Origin: a virus | Virus record (IMG/VR): IMGVR_UViG_3300032284_002843 | Coordinates: 72,280 to 136,279 of that record | Reading direction: 5' to 3' (one strand) | DNA: 64,000 nucleotides | Translations under genes and position numbers: made by a program | The notes under the pieces: model-generated | Database searches by the model: none | What the model saw: the letters and a program-made list of their open reading frames with translations, nothing else | What the model was told of the DNA's origin: nothing | Shown: positions 46,198 through 55,670 of the stretch, piece by piece | Layout of the letters: the number at the start of each line of letters is the position of its first letter | How positions within the stretch are numbered: the stretch's first letter is position 1

Positions 46198-49100
46198 TTA
46201 TTGCGGTATTAGTACTGATTGATTTTGCGGCATATCATTTTCTGGGCCCAACATAAAGTTAGTTGCTTCTGCGACACGTCTGGTGACCAGCCCTGGAACT
46301 GTATTATTATTGCCGTCAACAGTCCATACCATCCAACTGTTAGGTACTTTCTGCAAATAGCCTTCGTTCAAATATTTGACAACATCGCTGCCTGCAAAAT
46401 TTGTTTGTCCAATATTAAATGCCAGGCTGGCCAACATATCAAATTGAGTTTGAGATATTCCAACTTTTATCAACGGTCTCATCCAATCAAGAACCTGTGT
46501 CATATCCTGATCAAATAGATCATTGATATTTTGCTGTGTAAATGGTTCATTTAAGGGGACTTTATTTCCATTTATAACAACATAGCCAGATGAGATTTCT
46601 TCTGGCGTTAGAGTGTGACCGTAACCAATTTCCGTATATTGAGGATTTCCAAGTGTTATGGGCCTATAACTACCATTTTCTCTAGATATGATAAAAGATT
46701 TACCGTTATCACTTAATTGTAAAGCACTGGCTTTCAAAAATTGATTTGTCGTGATATAACCTTGGAAATTGAAAATTGGCGAATTTTGAGCATTGTATTG
46801 TGCACCTGTATAGATACCACTAGGCATACTAGGTTTAGGTGTTCCCCAAACATCTAAAGGTTTAGTACTGTTGGCCACAACTTCACAATCTCGTAGTTTT
46901 GTATTTTTATCTATATTGGTACTATTTCTAATATTTTGAAAATTTCTACCACCGTGATTAATATAAGGCTCGTGATATGGTAAATGTGGTAAAATTGTGT
47001 CAGTTAGAATTGGCGTAGCATTACCAATAGTATTCAATATGCTATCGGTTTGCTTTGCACTAATAGGGCCAACAGCAGTTGATCCGGGTGTTGCAGCAGG
47101 CGGTGCCGCACCATTCAAGTCAACTCTAGCTCCATCTATATTAATTTGTCCTTGTACTCCGATACCAAGACCGCCACCTATGGATTCAAGAACGCTACCA
47201 ACTGTTACACGACTTGTGCCTCCGAGTACCGTATCAAATAAATTAGAACCAACAAGTCTGTGTTGATCTTGTTTACTGGTCATGAACATGTTATTGTTTG
47301 AAAGGAAATGCATGTCATTAGAACTTTGTATTCTTACATATCCTCCTTGTGTGCTGCTGACAGGGCTCAACGGTGCAGTACCTGCATAATTGCTTTGTGG
47401 ATAGCCGTCTGGTGTAGTTGAGCTAACGTTTGCTGCTAACTCTGGATGACCTTCGAAGTACGCAGCTTCTGCAGCGCGGCGGGCGGGCAAAGGAGTTGTT
47501 GTTTTAAAATTTCTTATCATATCAGCTGCCGCTTTGATATCATTCTGATAAATGTAATCAGTGAATTTATTACCAGCATTTAATGTAAATGGAGCTGAAA
47601 TGCCAACATTAAATGTTAAATCAGCTAAAGCTGTTTGCTGATAAACATTTAATTTGTCCCAAGCACCGCCTAATGCCTTTTGGCAATAACTAACGGCTGT
47701 TCTTAAATCAAGTTGATATAAACCTTCAGCTTGAGGTTGGGTAATTACTGTATCTTGGCCAACATCTCCAACCAACGGAACATTTCCAGCAGGGCCACAA
47801 TTTAAATATCTCTGGCCTTTTGCAAGCTCATTTGCCCCTATGCTATGTCCGTAGCCTATCGAGTACCAACGCGGACCTGGATCCTTATAGGCTTTTGCTC
47901 GGAAGCCACCTTCATTCTTTTGTATGAACGGGTCTGCAACAGTATTAAAATCAGGATTTTCGCCTGTTGTACTAGATGCTGTTGAACCGGATACGGTAGT
48001 ACTGCTTGTATTTGTCGTTGCTGCTGTGCCAGGTGTAGTTGTTGCAGGAGTTGATTGTGCAGGAGGAGAGGCCGCAGTTGGCGGAGTCTGTCCACTTAAC
48101 CTTCTTACTTCCGCATCTGACGCAGCTTCAAGTTTCATTACAGCATCATATCCGCCTGGTGGATCTGTATACAGTTCTGGATGCAATCTAGCCCAGTCTG
48201 CAGCGCTTCTGTAACGTTTCTGTGCAGCCAGTGCATCATCTAAATTAGTATATGTACCTGGTTTATACCACGATGAGCCTTCGGCAATTAAATTGCTAGC
48301 AGTGAAATTGGTAGGAGCAGATGTAGCAGGAGCATTTACACATAATTCTCTAGCATCATTTGCCACCACAGCGTAATCTCGTGGATGAATATTATCACTT
48401 GATGGATAATTTTTCAAATCTAAATATTTGTCGCCTTTGCTTGTAGCAAAGGTTTTTACTGTGGTATTAGTTGCATCTGCATATGGCAATAACCATATAA
48501 AGTTACTAGTGCCTAATGCAGTTCTAATATCTGCTAAATTGCTTGCTAACAATGCTTGGTCTGAATCATTACTTCCAACACTTAGAATTGAATTTACGCC
48601 ATTTGCTAAATTACCATTTTGTTTAACCTTATCTAAAATTGTGCTGCTATTATCGCCTACATTTGCAAACACTAGTGCACCGTCAATTTTAGATCCTACG
48701 CCTACAGCTATGCTGTCTCCGATAACGTTAATTGGACCGTTTGGCGGAGGTGGCGGAGTTGGTGGTGTTGATGTATTAACTGTTGGTTCGATTGGAGGTT
48801 TGCCTCTGGCTCTCATATTGATGTCGCGACCTGCTTCAATATTCACATCTAAATCACCGCGAAGATTTACACTACCTTGGCTACGAATTGTAATATCATC
48901 TGATGCGTATAGATCAATTTTTCCAGTAGCGTCTAAACTTATCCAGTTCTTTCCATCAACACTGTTCAAATATATGCAACCTGTGCTGTCATTAATTAAA
49001 ACCTGTGCTCCACTTTGTGTACGCAGTCTGATGTATTTGTTTTGAGGATTATCATCAAATACAAACTGATTTCCGCCCGGTGTTAAAATACCGTATACTT

Positions 49101-49701
49101 CGTTAGATGGATCATCGCGACGTGCGCCGCTGGTGGTTACTCCTCTTACAGGATCCTTGTTTAGCCCTTGTTTATCAAGCTGATCAGCTAAAGGTGAATA
49201 AATTGGTCTATTTGGAGATTCATAGCTGCTTTGGTTAATTTTTTTATTATATTCAACTACAGGGGCCGACGCGGTCGAATCATTACCAGGAATACCCGGT
49301 ACCATATGATTCATGTATTGCTGAAATAGACAACCAAGCCAGATACCTTTTGCAGGATCACCATTGATAAATGCAACAATAACTTCATTATCTACATCTG
49401 GCGGAACAAACCACATACCATAGCTTTGTTGACTATCAAGATAACTTGGTCCGTTTTTATTAGAATAGAAACTGGTAGCTCCGGCAAATGGACTACAGTA
49501 CATAACTGTAACCCAAGTCTCTTTATCATTTTGATCTCCGCCTAATTCTGGTATCCATACCTGCATACGACCCATTCTTTGCAAGTCGTTTGTATTTTTT
49601 ACAAAGCCGTGATATATTTTATCATACAGAACGTTGCGGCCGCCTGCTTCTAAAGTATAGCTATCTGGTGTGTTGACTGTTCTTTTTAATACGTTTACCA
49701 T
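46198..49701 (-). CDS. baseplate central spike, gp5-like, with SGNH hydrolase and two lysozyme-like domains
   Basis: OB-fold (D...MGR..VWIP, SYGMW.VPPD...V.V.F), beta-helix, GDS..G.ND..D.IHP, two GH24-like domains (E...IGYGH...RR..EA). Confidence 0.85.
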   Translation of the reverse strand: MVNVLKRTVNTPDSYTLEAGGRNVLYDKIYHGFVKNTNDLQRMGRMQVWIPELGGDQNDKETWVTVMYCSPFAGATSFYSNKNGPSYLDSQQSYGMWFVPPDVDNEVIVAFINGDPAKGIWLGCLFQQYMNHMVPGIPGNDSTASAPVVEYNKKINQSSYESPNRPIYSPLADQLDKQGLNKDPVRGVTTSGARRDDPSNEVYGILTPGGNQFVFDDNPQNKYIRLRTQSGAQVLINDSTGCIYLNSVDGKNWISLDATGKIDLYASDDITIRSQGSVNLRGDLDVNIEAGRDINMRARGKPPIEPTVNTSTPPTPPPPPNGPINVIGDSIAVGVGSKIDGALVFANVGDNSSTILDKVKQNGNLANGVNSILSVGSNDSDQALLASNLADIRTALGTSNFIWLLPYADATNTTVKTFATSKGDKYLDLKNYPSSDNIHPRDYAVVANDARELCVNAPATSAPTNFTASNLIAEGSSWYKPGTYTNLDDALAAQKRYRSAADWARLHPELYTDPPGGYDAVMKLEAASDAEVRRLSGQTPPTAASPPAQSTPATTTPGTAATTNTSSTTVSGSTASSTTGENPDFNTVADPFIQKNEGGFRAKAYKDPGPRWYSIGYGHSIGANELAKGQRYLNCGPAGNVPLVGDVGQDTVITQPQAEGLYQLDLRTAVSYCQKALGGAWDKLNVYQQTALADLTFNVGISAPFTLNAGNKFTDYIYQNDIKAAADMIRNFKTTTPLPARRAAEAAYFEGHPELAANVSSTTPDGYPQSNYAGTAPLSPVSSTQGGYVRIQSSNDMHFLSNNNMFMTSKQDQHRLVGSNLFDTVLGGTSRVTVGSVLESIGGGLGIGVQGQINIDGARVDLNGAAPPAATPGSTAVGPISAKQTDSILNTIGNATPILTDTILPHLPYHEPYINHGGRNFQNIRNSTNIDKNTKLRDCEVVANSTKPLDVWGTPKPSMPSGIYTGAQYNAQNSPIFNFQGYITTNQFLKASALQLSDNGKSFIISRENGSYRPITLGNPQYTEIGYGHTLTPEEISSGYVVINGNKVPLNEPFTQQNINDLFDQDMTQVLDWMRPLIKVGISQTQFDMLASLAFNIGQTNFAGSDVVKYLNEGYLQKVPNSWMVWTVDGNNNTVPGLVTRRVAEATNFMLGPENDMPQNQSVLIPQ

Positions 49702-49710
49702 GGCAATTAT

Positions 49711-52125
49711 TTAGACAGGGATTTGACCCGCGGCTAATAAATCCGCTGGTGTTTGATTGAATATAGAATACATTGCAACATCTTTTACAGCATGCAGTGT
49801 TTGTGTAAATTTTCCATCGTTGAAATGATTATCAACTTCTAACACAACATACATGCCATTAAATGCCCAGCTTGCAGTATTGAATTGAACTAATCCGGTA
49901 GCTTCATTTGGTTCTTCACCGGTTCTGAAATACAATAGAAACGCACATTCTCCTGTACCAAATAACGCACTTGCTTTTCCCGTTTGTGGCGAAGGTGGTG
50001 TATCTGGCGACAAATACTGTAAATTTTCAATGTTATCAAAGCCCATCCAATAGGGATCGCCTCTGATTTCTAGCTCAATATTCACAAACTGTGGACCGGT
50101 TACATTATTTAAAATTGTTGCCAACAATCCACGACTCTTTGGAGCACCAGAAGAATTTACATTGATAGATTCAGCCGTTCCTAATCCACCAGTATTGTTA
50201 TCTTGAATACTAGGGGCTTTAGATATTGTGCTGGAAATTAATAGAGGATTGGTGTCTGCTACTTGCGGAGAAATTTGTTCAAGATAACGATCTTTTGCAG
50301 CTGATCTAGTAAGTGTATATACTAATCTGTTGACAATATCTTGTTGAACAATTTTATCTTTTAATAATGTTGGATTACTAATAGTAATACCTGCAATAGC
50401 CTGTTCACCGGCACTCCCTGTTGCAAATTTAATTTCAAAATCACTTATATTAATTTTAGACGCAAAAGTTTGAAATTTTTCTTGTGCTGTAGACAACGCT
50501 GTTTGAGCTTCTGTTAGTGCTTTTTGATAATTTCCAAGTTTTTTGAATGTGTCAGAATTTGTAAGAGTTTCAAGATTGACTTTTGCTTCGTCTACAGCCT
50601 GTTTATTTTTTAAGTACTCATTTCTAAGAGTTTGTGTTAAACTTTCGCCTGGTACACTTTGAGGAAGTTGAAACAATGTGCTGCTGTTAACACCGTCAAA
50701 CATTGGCTGCAATGCTGCCCAATATGCATCAAGCTTAATATCAAATTTTAAAACATCTGTGTTTAATCCAGTAAACTGGAAATAATATATCTTTTTTAAT
50801 CTAGCAGAATTTACAAATTCTGTTATCCTTTGTTTTTGTACATCTTTCTTTTGACTGTTATCAATAAATGTACGATCTCTAAAACTTCTTACAGTGGGAT
50901 ATGGTTTGAAATAATAGGTGATTTTTTTAACATAGTCTTGATATAGATAATTATAGCTAATAAATTCAACTTTTGATTCTATAAACGGAATTAACGAGAT
51001 CCCTTCGCTTTCGGCTCTTGACGAAGTTTTGCCGGCATCTTTACCGGCTGCTAATGGTCCTGCTATAAATTTTTTACCATCTTCACAGATACTCATCACT
51101 GTTTGTAAAACTTGTTCTATAGATTTACCTCTTGGTATTTGAATAGTAGGGGCATCGGTTCCTGTAACACTAAAGCCCGATTGGCTTGGGTTATCTGTGG
51201 GATTTCTTTTTAAGGCCCAGGCCCTCCACTCTTTTGGAAAAATAAAATCATATTCTACTCTTTTAGTTTCAAAATCATAATCAAGCTTTTTCATTTGCTC
51301 GTTCATTGTAGTTTTAAATCTATCCCAAAACTCGCCAAAAGTCTTAACATCTTGAATCTTTAAATGTTGCCCAGAAAAAGTAAACTCATTGCTGGTAGCA
51401 AGACTACCGTCCATTACGCCTGTAATATTATAAATTGATCCGCTTGTTGTGCTGTCTACTGTGATATCAGTTATCAAAACTCTATACAATTTTTTAATGT
51501 CAATGGGAGTTTGAATTCCGCTTTCATCATATCCTTGAAACCATACTTCTATAAAGTAGCAACATTTTAAATGATTTTGAATTCCAAACTTATCTTTAGC
51601 TAATGAGTATAATCGATCTACTAAACTGAGCCCATATGGTTCAACTAATGTCATGGTCCATGTTGTTTCAACGGCTATACCTATTCTTGATTGAGGGCTG
51701 CAAAGATTCTTTATTTCCATATTACGAATATTAAATCCTACAGTTGTGCCACTTTCAGCTATTACTTCTTTAGGTACTTTGTCCCAATCGGCATGTGTAT
51801 TAATTTGTTTAGAAATAGAATCGCTAGTTACACAAAACTTAATATGATATGTATAGCTAGAATAACCATCTAGTATATTCGTTTCTGGTTTAAAACCTAT
51901 TCCGGTCGCAGACAACGCAGATAATATATTATTAAAATCTCCGTTTACAGTTGAGGGTATATCTGGAAGTGTTGTGTTAATTTTGCTACTAACTTCTCCA
52001 AGAATATTATCAGCTATGCCTTGGTCAACTCCTAAATTTGTTAGCTGTTGTCTAATTGAACCAAGCTTATCCTTAAATTTTTCCGCTGGATCAGCCAACG
52101 GATTAGGCGGTATAGGTCCCGTCAT
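49711..52125 (-). CDS. baseplate hub/tail protein (gp27-like position)
   Basis: N.L..Y.SYTY, EPYG, C-terminal IRGDPYW...G.Y.V..V...F..GKFTQ.L. Confidence 0.7.
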   Translation of the reverse strand: MTGPIPPNPLADPAEKFKDKLGSIRQQLTNLGVDQGIADNILGEVSSKINTTLPDIPSTVNGDFNNILSALSATGIGFKPETNILDGYSSYTYHIKFCVTSDSISKQINTHADWDKVPKEVIAESGTTVGFNIRNMEIKNLCSPQSRIGIAVETTWTMTLVEPYGLSLVDRLYSLAKDKFGIQNHLKCCYFIEVWFQGYDESGIQTPIDIKKLYRVLITDITVDSTTSGSIYNITGVMDGSLATSNEFTFSGQHLKIQDVKTFGEFWDRFKTTMNEQMKKLDYDFETKRVEYDFIFPKEWRAWALKRNPTDNPSQSGFSVTGTDAPTIQIPRGKSIEQVLQTVMSICEDGKKFIAGPLAAGKDAGKTSSRAESEGISLIPFIESKVEFISYNYLYQDYVKKITYYFKPYPTVRSFRDRTFIDNSQKKDVQKQRITEFVNSARLKKIYYFQFTGLNTDVLKFDIKLDAYWAALQPMFDGVNSSTLFQLPQSVPGESLTQTLRNEYLKNKQAVDEAKVNLETLTNSDTFKKLGNYQKALTEAQTALSTAQEKFQTFASKINISDFEIKFATGSAGEQAIAGITISNPTLLKDKIVQQDIVNRLVYTLTRSAAKDRYLEQISPQVADTNPLLISSTISKAPSIQDNNTGGLGTAESINVNSSGAPKSRGLLATILNNVTGPQFVNIELEIRGDPYWMGFDNIENLQYLSPDTPPSPQTGKASALFGTGECAFLLYFRTGEEPNEATGLVQFNTASWAFNGMYVVLEVDNHFNDGKFTQTLHAVKDVAMYSIFNQTPADLLAAGQIPV

Positions 52126-52439
52126 TAAAGGTAACTCCTCGGAAGGCTATCTACACTAGGAACAAAGATTTGAATTCCAGTCTTAAAATCCCAAATTGGA
52201 TCTGAAATTACATCAGGATTACGCATCATAAACACCCACCAATAATCTGCTTTTTTATAGTAATCATAACTGAGAAGATCTGGTCTGTGATTGTATCTTG
52301 AGGCAAGTGTAATAAGTGTGTCATTTGGACCAGCCGTTAAATTTGGCGGTGTCCAAAAATCTAAATAATTTATTCCAGTATTCACTACCTGTTGAGTGGC
52401 AGCGTATAAACTAAAATTGTTGTAGGCAATAGTGGTCAT
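52125..52439 (-). CDS. baseplate wedge subunit, gp53-like
   Basis: RPDLLSYD.Y....YWWVF..RN...DPIWDF..G..I.VP. Confidence 0.85.
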   Translation of the reverse strand: MTTIAYNNFSLYAATQQVVNTGINYLDFWTPPNLTAGPNDTLITLASRYNHRPDLLSYDYYKKADYWWVFMMRNPDVISDPIWDFKTGIQIFVPSVDSLPRSYL

Positions 52440-53557
52440 ACCCATCCTCCTGATTTGACTAAGTTGCCAGAACGAAAGTTTTCAAGATTGAAACTTCGTA
52501 GCTTGGTAGGACTATTTTGAACCGTGATTCCTACAGATATGCTGAAAACAGCCGGTAGCCATAGGGTTTGATCTTGTGTGCGACCGTTTAAGTAAGACGT
52601 TGTCAAATCACTCCAAGACCCTGTTGTTTGATCAGTCTGAACAGATCTGGACAAATCAATTGGTACATAATCAACGTCTTTTGGCAAACTTATTGTAAAT
52701 GAAGTAACAATAACTGGTAATTGATTAAACATATAACTTCCATAAGCATCGAATAGAAGAACAGGAGGCGGTGTTCCTTTATATGGATCACTTGCACCAA
52801 AATTCATTTTGCTCACAGTACGTAAGAAATGAATGCAAGCCATGGCATAGATTCCTTCTTCTTGATTTTGAACAGACCATTCACCTTCAACTGTCAGCGC
52901 TAAACTTGGAGTACGATGATATGCATAAATGTCCTGATTAGCATGTGTTAATTCCATAGATTTATAATCAACTTGTTGTTGATAAGTAATTGTTGGCTGG
53001 TAAGGCCAAATCATTCCGTTTGTTGCCCTTAACGGCGACAATATAGGACTTTGTCCATAAACTATGTCTATAGCCGCAGGTTTTGGACGAAGTCTAACAC
53101 GTCGGCCACTGCTATCTCCTACGTTAGGCGAAGGGCCTTGAGTGTCTGTGGTTGCAGCACCAGTATCAGAATTGTCAGAAGATGATGTTAGGGCATTTAA
53201 ATCTATACCTAAAGTATTGGCACTAATTCCAAATGGATTTTGACCATTAGCAAAATTATTAAGAATATTAGCTGGGTTTTGAATATAACTGGCAGCCGTT
53301 GCACCATAACTTATTATACCAGATCCCGGTAATCCTCCAGCTTTGTTGTTTGAGCTTTGAGCACCACCTATTACACCGCCGGGTCCAACATTGCTATCAC
53401 CATTTAAACTTGAATTGTAGGTAGGCGATGGCGATAATGCATTATTTGTGCCTTTAGCAACGCCAGAATTTGGAAAAAATGTAACAGATCCACCTGTAGT
53501 AGCGGGTATTTGATCATTTGGTCCAATTATTGTGCCATTTGGAGTTTTAGTTGCCAT
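52436..53557 (-). CDS. tail tube initiator/baseplate protein (gp48/gp54-like)
   Basis: PYQPTI...Y.....TH.N; G.PPPV..F.AYG..MF...PV.V.SF...LP.DVDY. Confidence 0.7.
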   Translation of the reverse strand: MATKTPNGTIIGPNDQIPATTGGSVTFFPNSGVAKGTNNALSPSPTYNSSLNGDSNVGPGGVIGGAQSSNNKAGGLPGSGIISYGATAASYIQNPANILNNFANGQNPFGISANTLGIDLNALTSSSDNSDTGAATTDTQGPSPNVGDSSGRRVRLRPKPAAIDIVYGQSPILSPLRATNGMIWPYQPTITYQQQVDYKSMELTHANQDIYAYHRTPSLALTVEGEWSVQNQEEGIYAMACIHFLRTVSKMNFGASDPYKGTPPPVLLFDAYGSYMFNQLPVIVTSFTISLPKDVDYVPIDLSRSVQTDQTTGSWSDLTTSYLNGRTQDQTLWLPAVFSISVGITVQNSPTKLRSFNLENFRSGNLVKSGGWV

Positions 53558-53619
53558 TATATCCTCAATATTATTGAATATTTATTGCAAATTTTGTAGG
53601 GTTCATTTTTCGCCGTGTT

Positions 53620-53648
53620 TTGACCATTTTATCAAAAAAGCTTACAAT
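53620..53648 (+). promoter_or_regulatory. sigma70-like promoter for the late sigma factor gene
   Basis: TTGACC-17-TACAAT. Confidence 0.6.
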
Positions 53649-53678
53649 TCAAATACTTGTCTAGACAAAGGAACTTTA

Positions 53679-54563
53679 ATGGTAACAACAGGAACAACTA
53701 AAATTAAATATCTAACCAATAAGGACTTATTGGAAGAAATTCATAAAAGCAAACTTTCTTATTGTAGTTTTACCGATCCAAAATACACATCATATGATTT
53801 TATCGTGCCAAATATTAAAAAAATAACTAAGAAAAAAATCAACGATGCACGCAGGAAAAGATTTAATGAACTAAAATCTCTGCACAAGAAACAATATGGT
53901 ACCAGCAAAAAGGTGAAACCGCCAACACTATCAAGTATAGCAGCAGACAGCATAGTAATAAGAGTAATGACATATGATCATATACCATTAGATCCTATCA
54001 AAGCTGAAACTGGAAAAACCGAAGCTGAAAAACATATCAAAGTTAATTTCCCTCCTTTCCAACACTATATTATGAAAAATAATAAACTAGTTTGTGTTTT
54101 AAAAAGTCATTGGAAAGATGGATTAAAATCTGGAGAGTTTTGCAAAGAACATGGTAAAATGACCAATCGTTTAGCTCTTATGTTTATGAAATTAGTAGAT
54201 AGATACGGACATAGAGGTAATTGGAGAGGATATACATACTTAGAAGAAATGAAGCTGCAAGCCTTGTTACAGCTGAGCCAGGTAGGCCTACAATTTGACG
54301 AAAGTCGCAGTGAGACTCCAAATCCATTTGCCTATTATACTCAAACTATTACTAACTCTTTTATGAGGGTTCTTAATATAGAGAAGAAGAATCAAAACAT
54401 ACGAGATGACTTGTTAATAATGAACGGAGCAGCTCCAAGTTATACAAGACAAACCGAAGACCACCTTAAGCAACAAGATCCCGAGGGTGGACAATCTAAA
54501 GAAGAAGCAAGTGCTGCTAAACCTACCAAAGGTAGACGTCCATATCAAAAAAAGAAATCATAA
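53679..54563 (+). CDS. late-transcription sigma factor, T4 gp55-like
   Basis: YL.NKDLL.EI, NWRGYTY.EEM, FD...S..PNPFAYYTQ...NSF...EK; upstream of gp47/gp46 as in T4-like phages. Confidence 0.85.
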   Translation: MVTTGTTKIKYLTNKDLLEEIHKSKLSYCSFTDPKYTSYDFIVPNIKKITKKKINDARRKRFNELKSLHKKQYGTSKKVKPPTLSSIAADSIVIRVMTYDHIPLDPIKAETGKTEAEKHIKVNFPPFQHYIMKNNKLVCVLKSHWKDGLKSGEFCKEHGKMTNRLALMFMKLVDRYGHRGNWRGYTYLEEMKLQALLQLSQVGLQFDESRSETPNPFAYYTQTITNSFMRVLNIEKKNQNIRDDLLIMNGAAPSYTRQTEDHLKQQDPEGGQSKEEASAAKPTKGRRPYQKKKS

Positions 54564-54637
54564 ACAGTATTCTTTTTCTAACTGTACAGGCCAATACAAT
54601 TTAGATATATTATAATATATAATCTAGTAGATTCACC

Positions 54638-55669
54638 ATGACCAACAACAATTTAAAACAACCTGATTTTTCAAAAGTAATAATGTTCACAGACATTCAT
54701 TTTGGATTGAAGAATAACAGCAGAGAACATAATAGTGATTGTGAATCTTTCATTAAATGGATGATAGAGCAGGCTAAACAACAAAACATTAAAACCTGCG
54801 TATTTGGCGGTGATTGGCACCATGTGAGATCTGCTATTAACATTTCTACATTAAACTATTCAGTAAGTGGGCTTAAATTATTGAATGACTACTTTGATCA
54901 TACATATTTCATAATAGGTAACCACGATTTATTTTATCGTGACAAATATGAAATACACAGCCTTCCTTATATTCATCAATTTTCTAAAATTATCCCAGTT
55001 GACAAAATTATTAAAGTTGACGATGTTGCACTAGTGCCGTGGTTAGTTGCTGACGAATGGAAGAAAATTTCAAAAGTCAAAGAGCCATATCTGTTTGGAC
55101 ATTTTGAATTACCAACATTTAAAATGAATGCTATGGTAGAAATGCCCGACCACGGAGCATTAAACAAAAATCATTTTGTACATCAACAACAGATATTTTC
55201 AGGACATTTTCATAAACGTCAAAACAAAGGTAAAATCTGGTATATAGGAAATTGTTTTCCTCATAATTACAGTGATACATGGGACGATGATAGAGGCATT
55301 ATGATTTGGAACAAAGGTCAAACTCCGGAGTTTATGTCCTGGCCAGATGCTCCTAGATATCGTACTTTAACTCTTAGCCAGGTTCTATCAGATCCTGCTG
55401 AATTTATAAATGACAAAACATTTGCTAAAATTTCTATAGATGTTCCTGCTACATATGAAGACATAAATTTTATTAGAGAAATGCTGGAAAAGGAACTAGC
55501 AGCAAAAGAAATTCAAATGATTACTGCTAAAGATCAGGACATTGAATTTAATAGTAATGTAGAAGTTAGCTTTGAAAGTGTTGATTCTATTGTGATCAGC
55601 CATTTAGAATCCATAGATAGTAACACAATCGATAAGAATGAACTAATTAAAATATATCAGGAGATCTAG
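54638..55669 (+). CDS. recombination endonuclease subunit, gp47/SbcD/Mre11-like
   Basis: DIHFG, GD, GNHD, GH, SGHFH metallophosphoesterase motifs. Confidence 0.92.
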   Translation: MTNNNLKQPDFSKVIMFTDIHFGLKNNSREHNSDCESFIKWMIEQAKQQNIKTCVFGGDWHHVRSAINISTLNYSVSGLKLLNDYFDHTYFIIGNHDLFYRDKYEIHSLPYIHQFSKIIPVDKIIKVDDVALVPWLVADEWKKISKVKEPYLFGHFELPTFKMNAMVEMPDHGALNKNHFVHQQQIFSGHFHKRQNKGKIWYIGNCFPHNYSDTWDDDRGIMIWNKGQTPEFMSWPDAPRYRTLTLSQVLSDPAEFINDKTFAKISIDVPATYEDINFIREMLEKELAAKEIQMITAKDQDIEFNSNVEVSFESVDSIVISHLESIDSNTIDKNELIKIYQEI

Positions 55670-55670
55670 T

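Noticed and set aside
48428-49045. 205-aa plus-strand ORF and similar antisense ORFs within structural genes
   Set aside because: Antisense shadows of well-supported genes, without RBS or motifs.
54605-54620. Perfect palindrome ATATATTATAATATAT upstream of gp47
   Set aside because: It is AT-only low-complexity sequence expected by chance in this genome, and probably just includes a -10 box.
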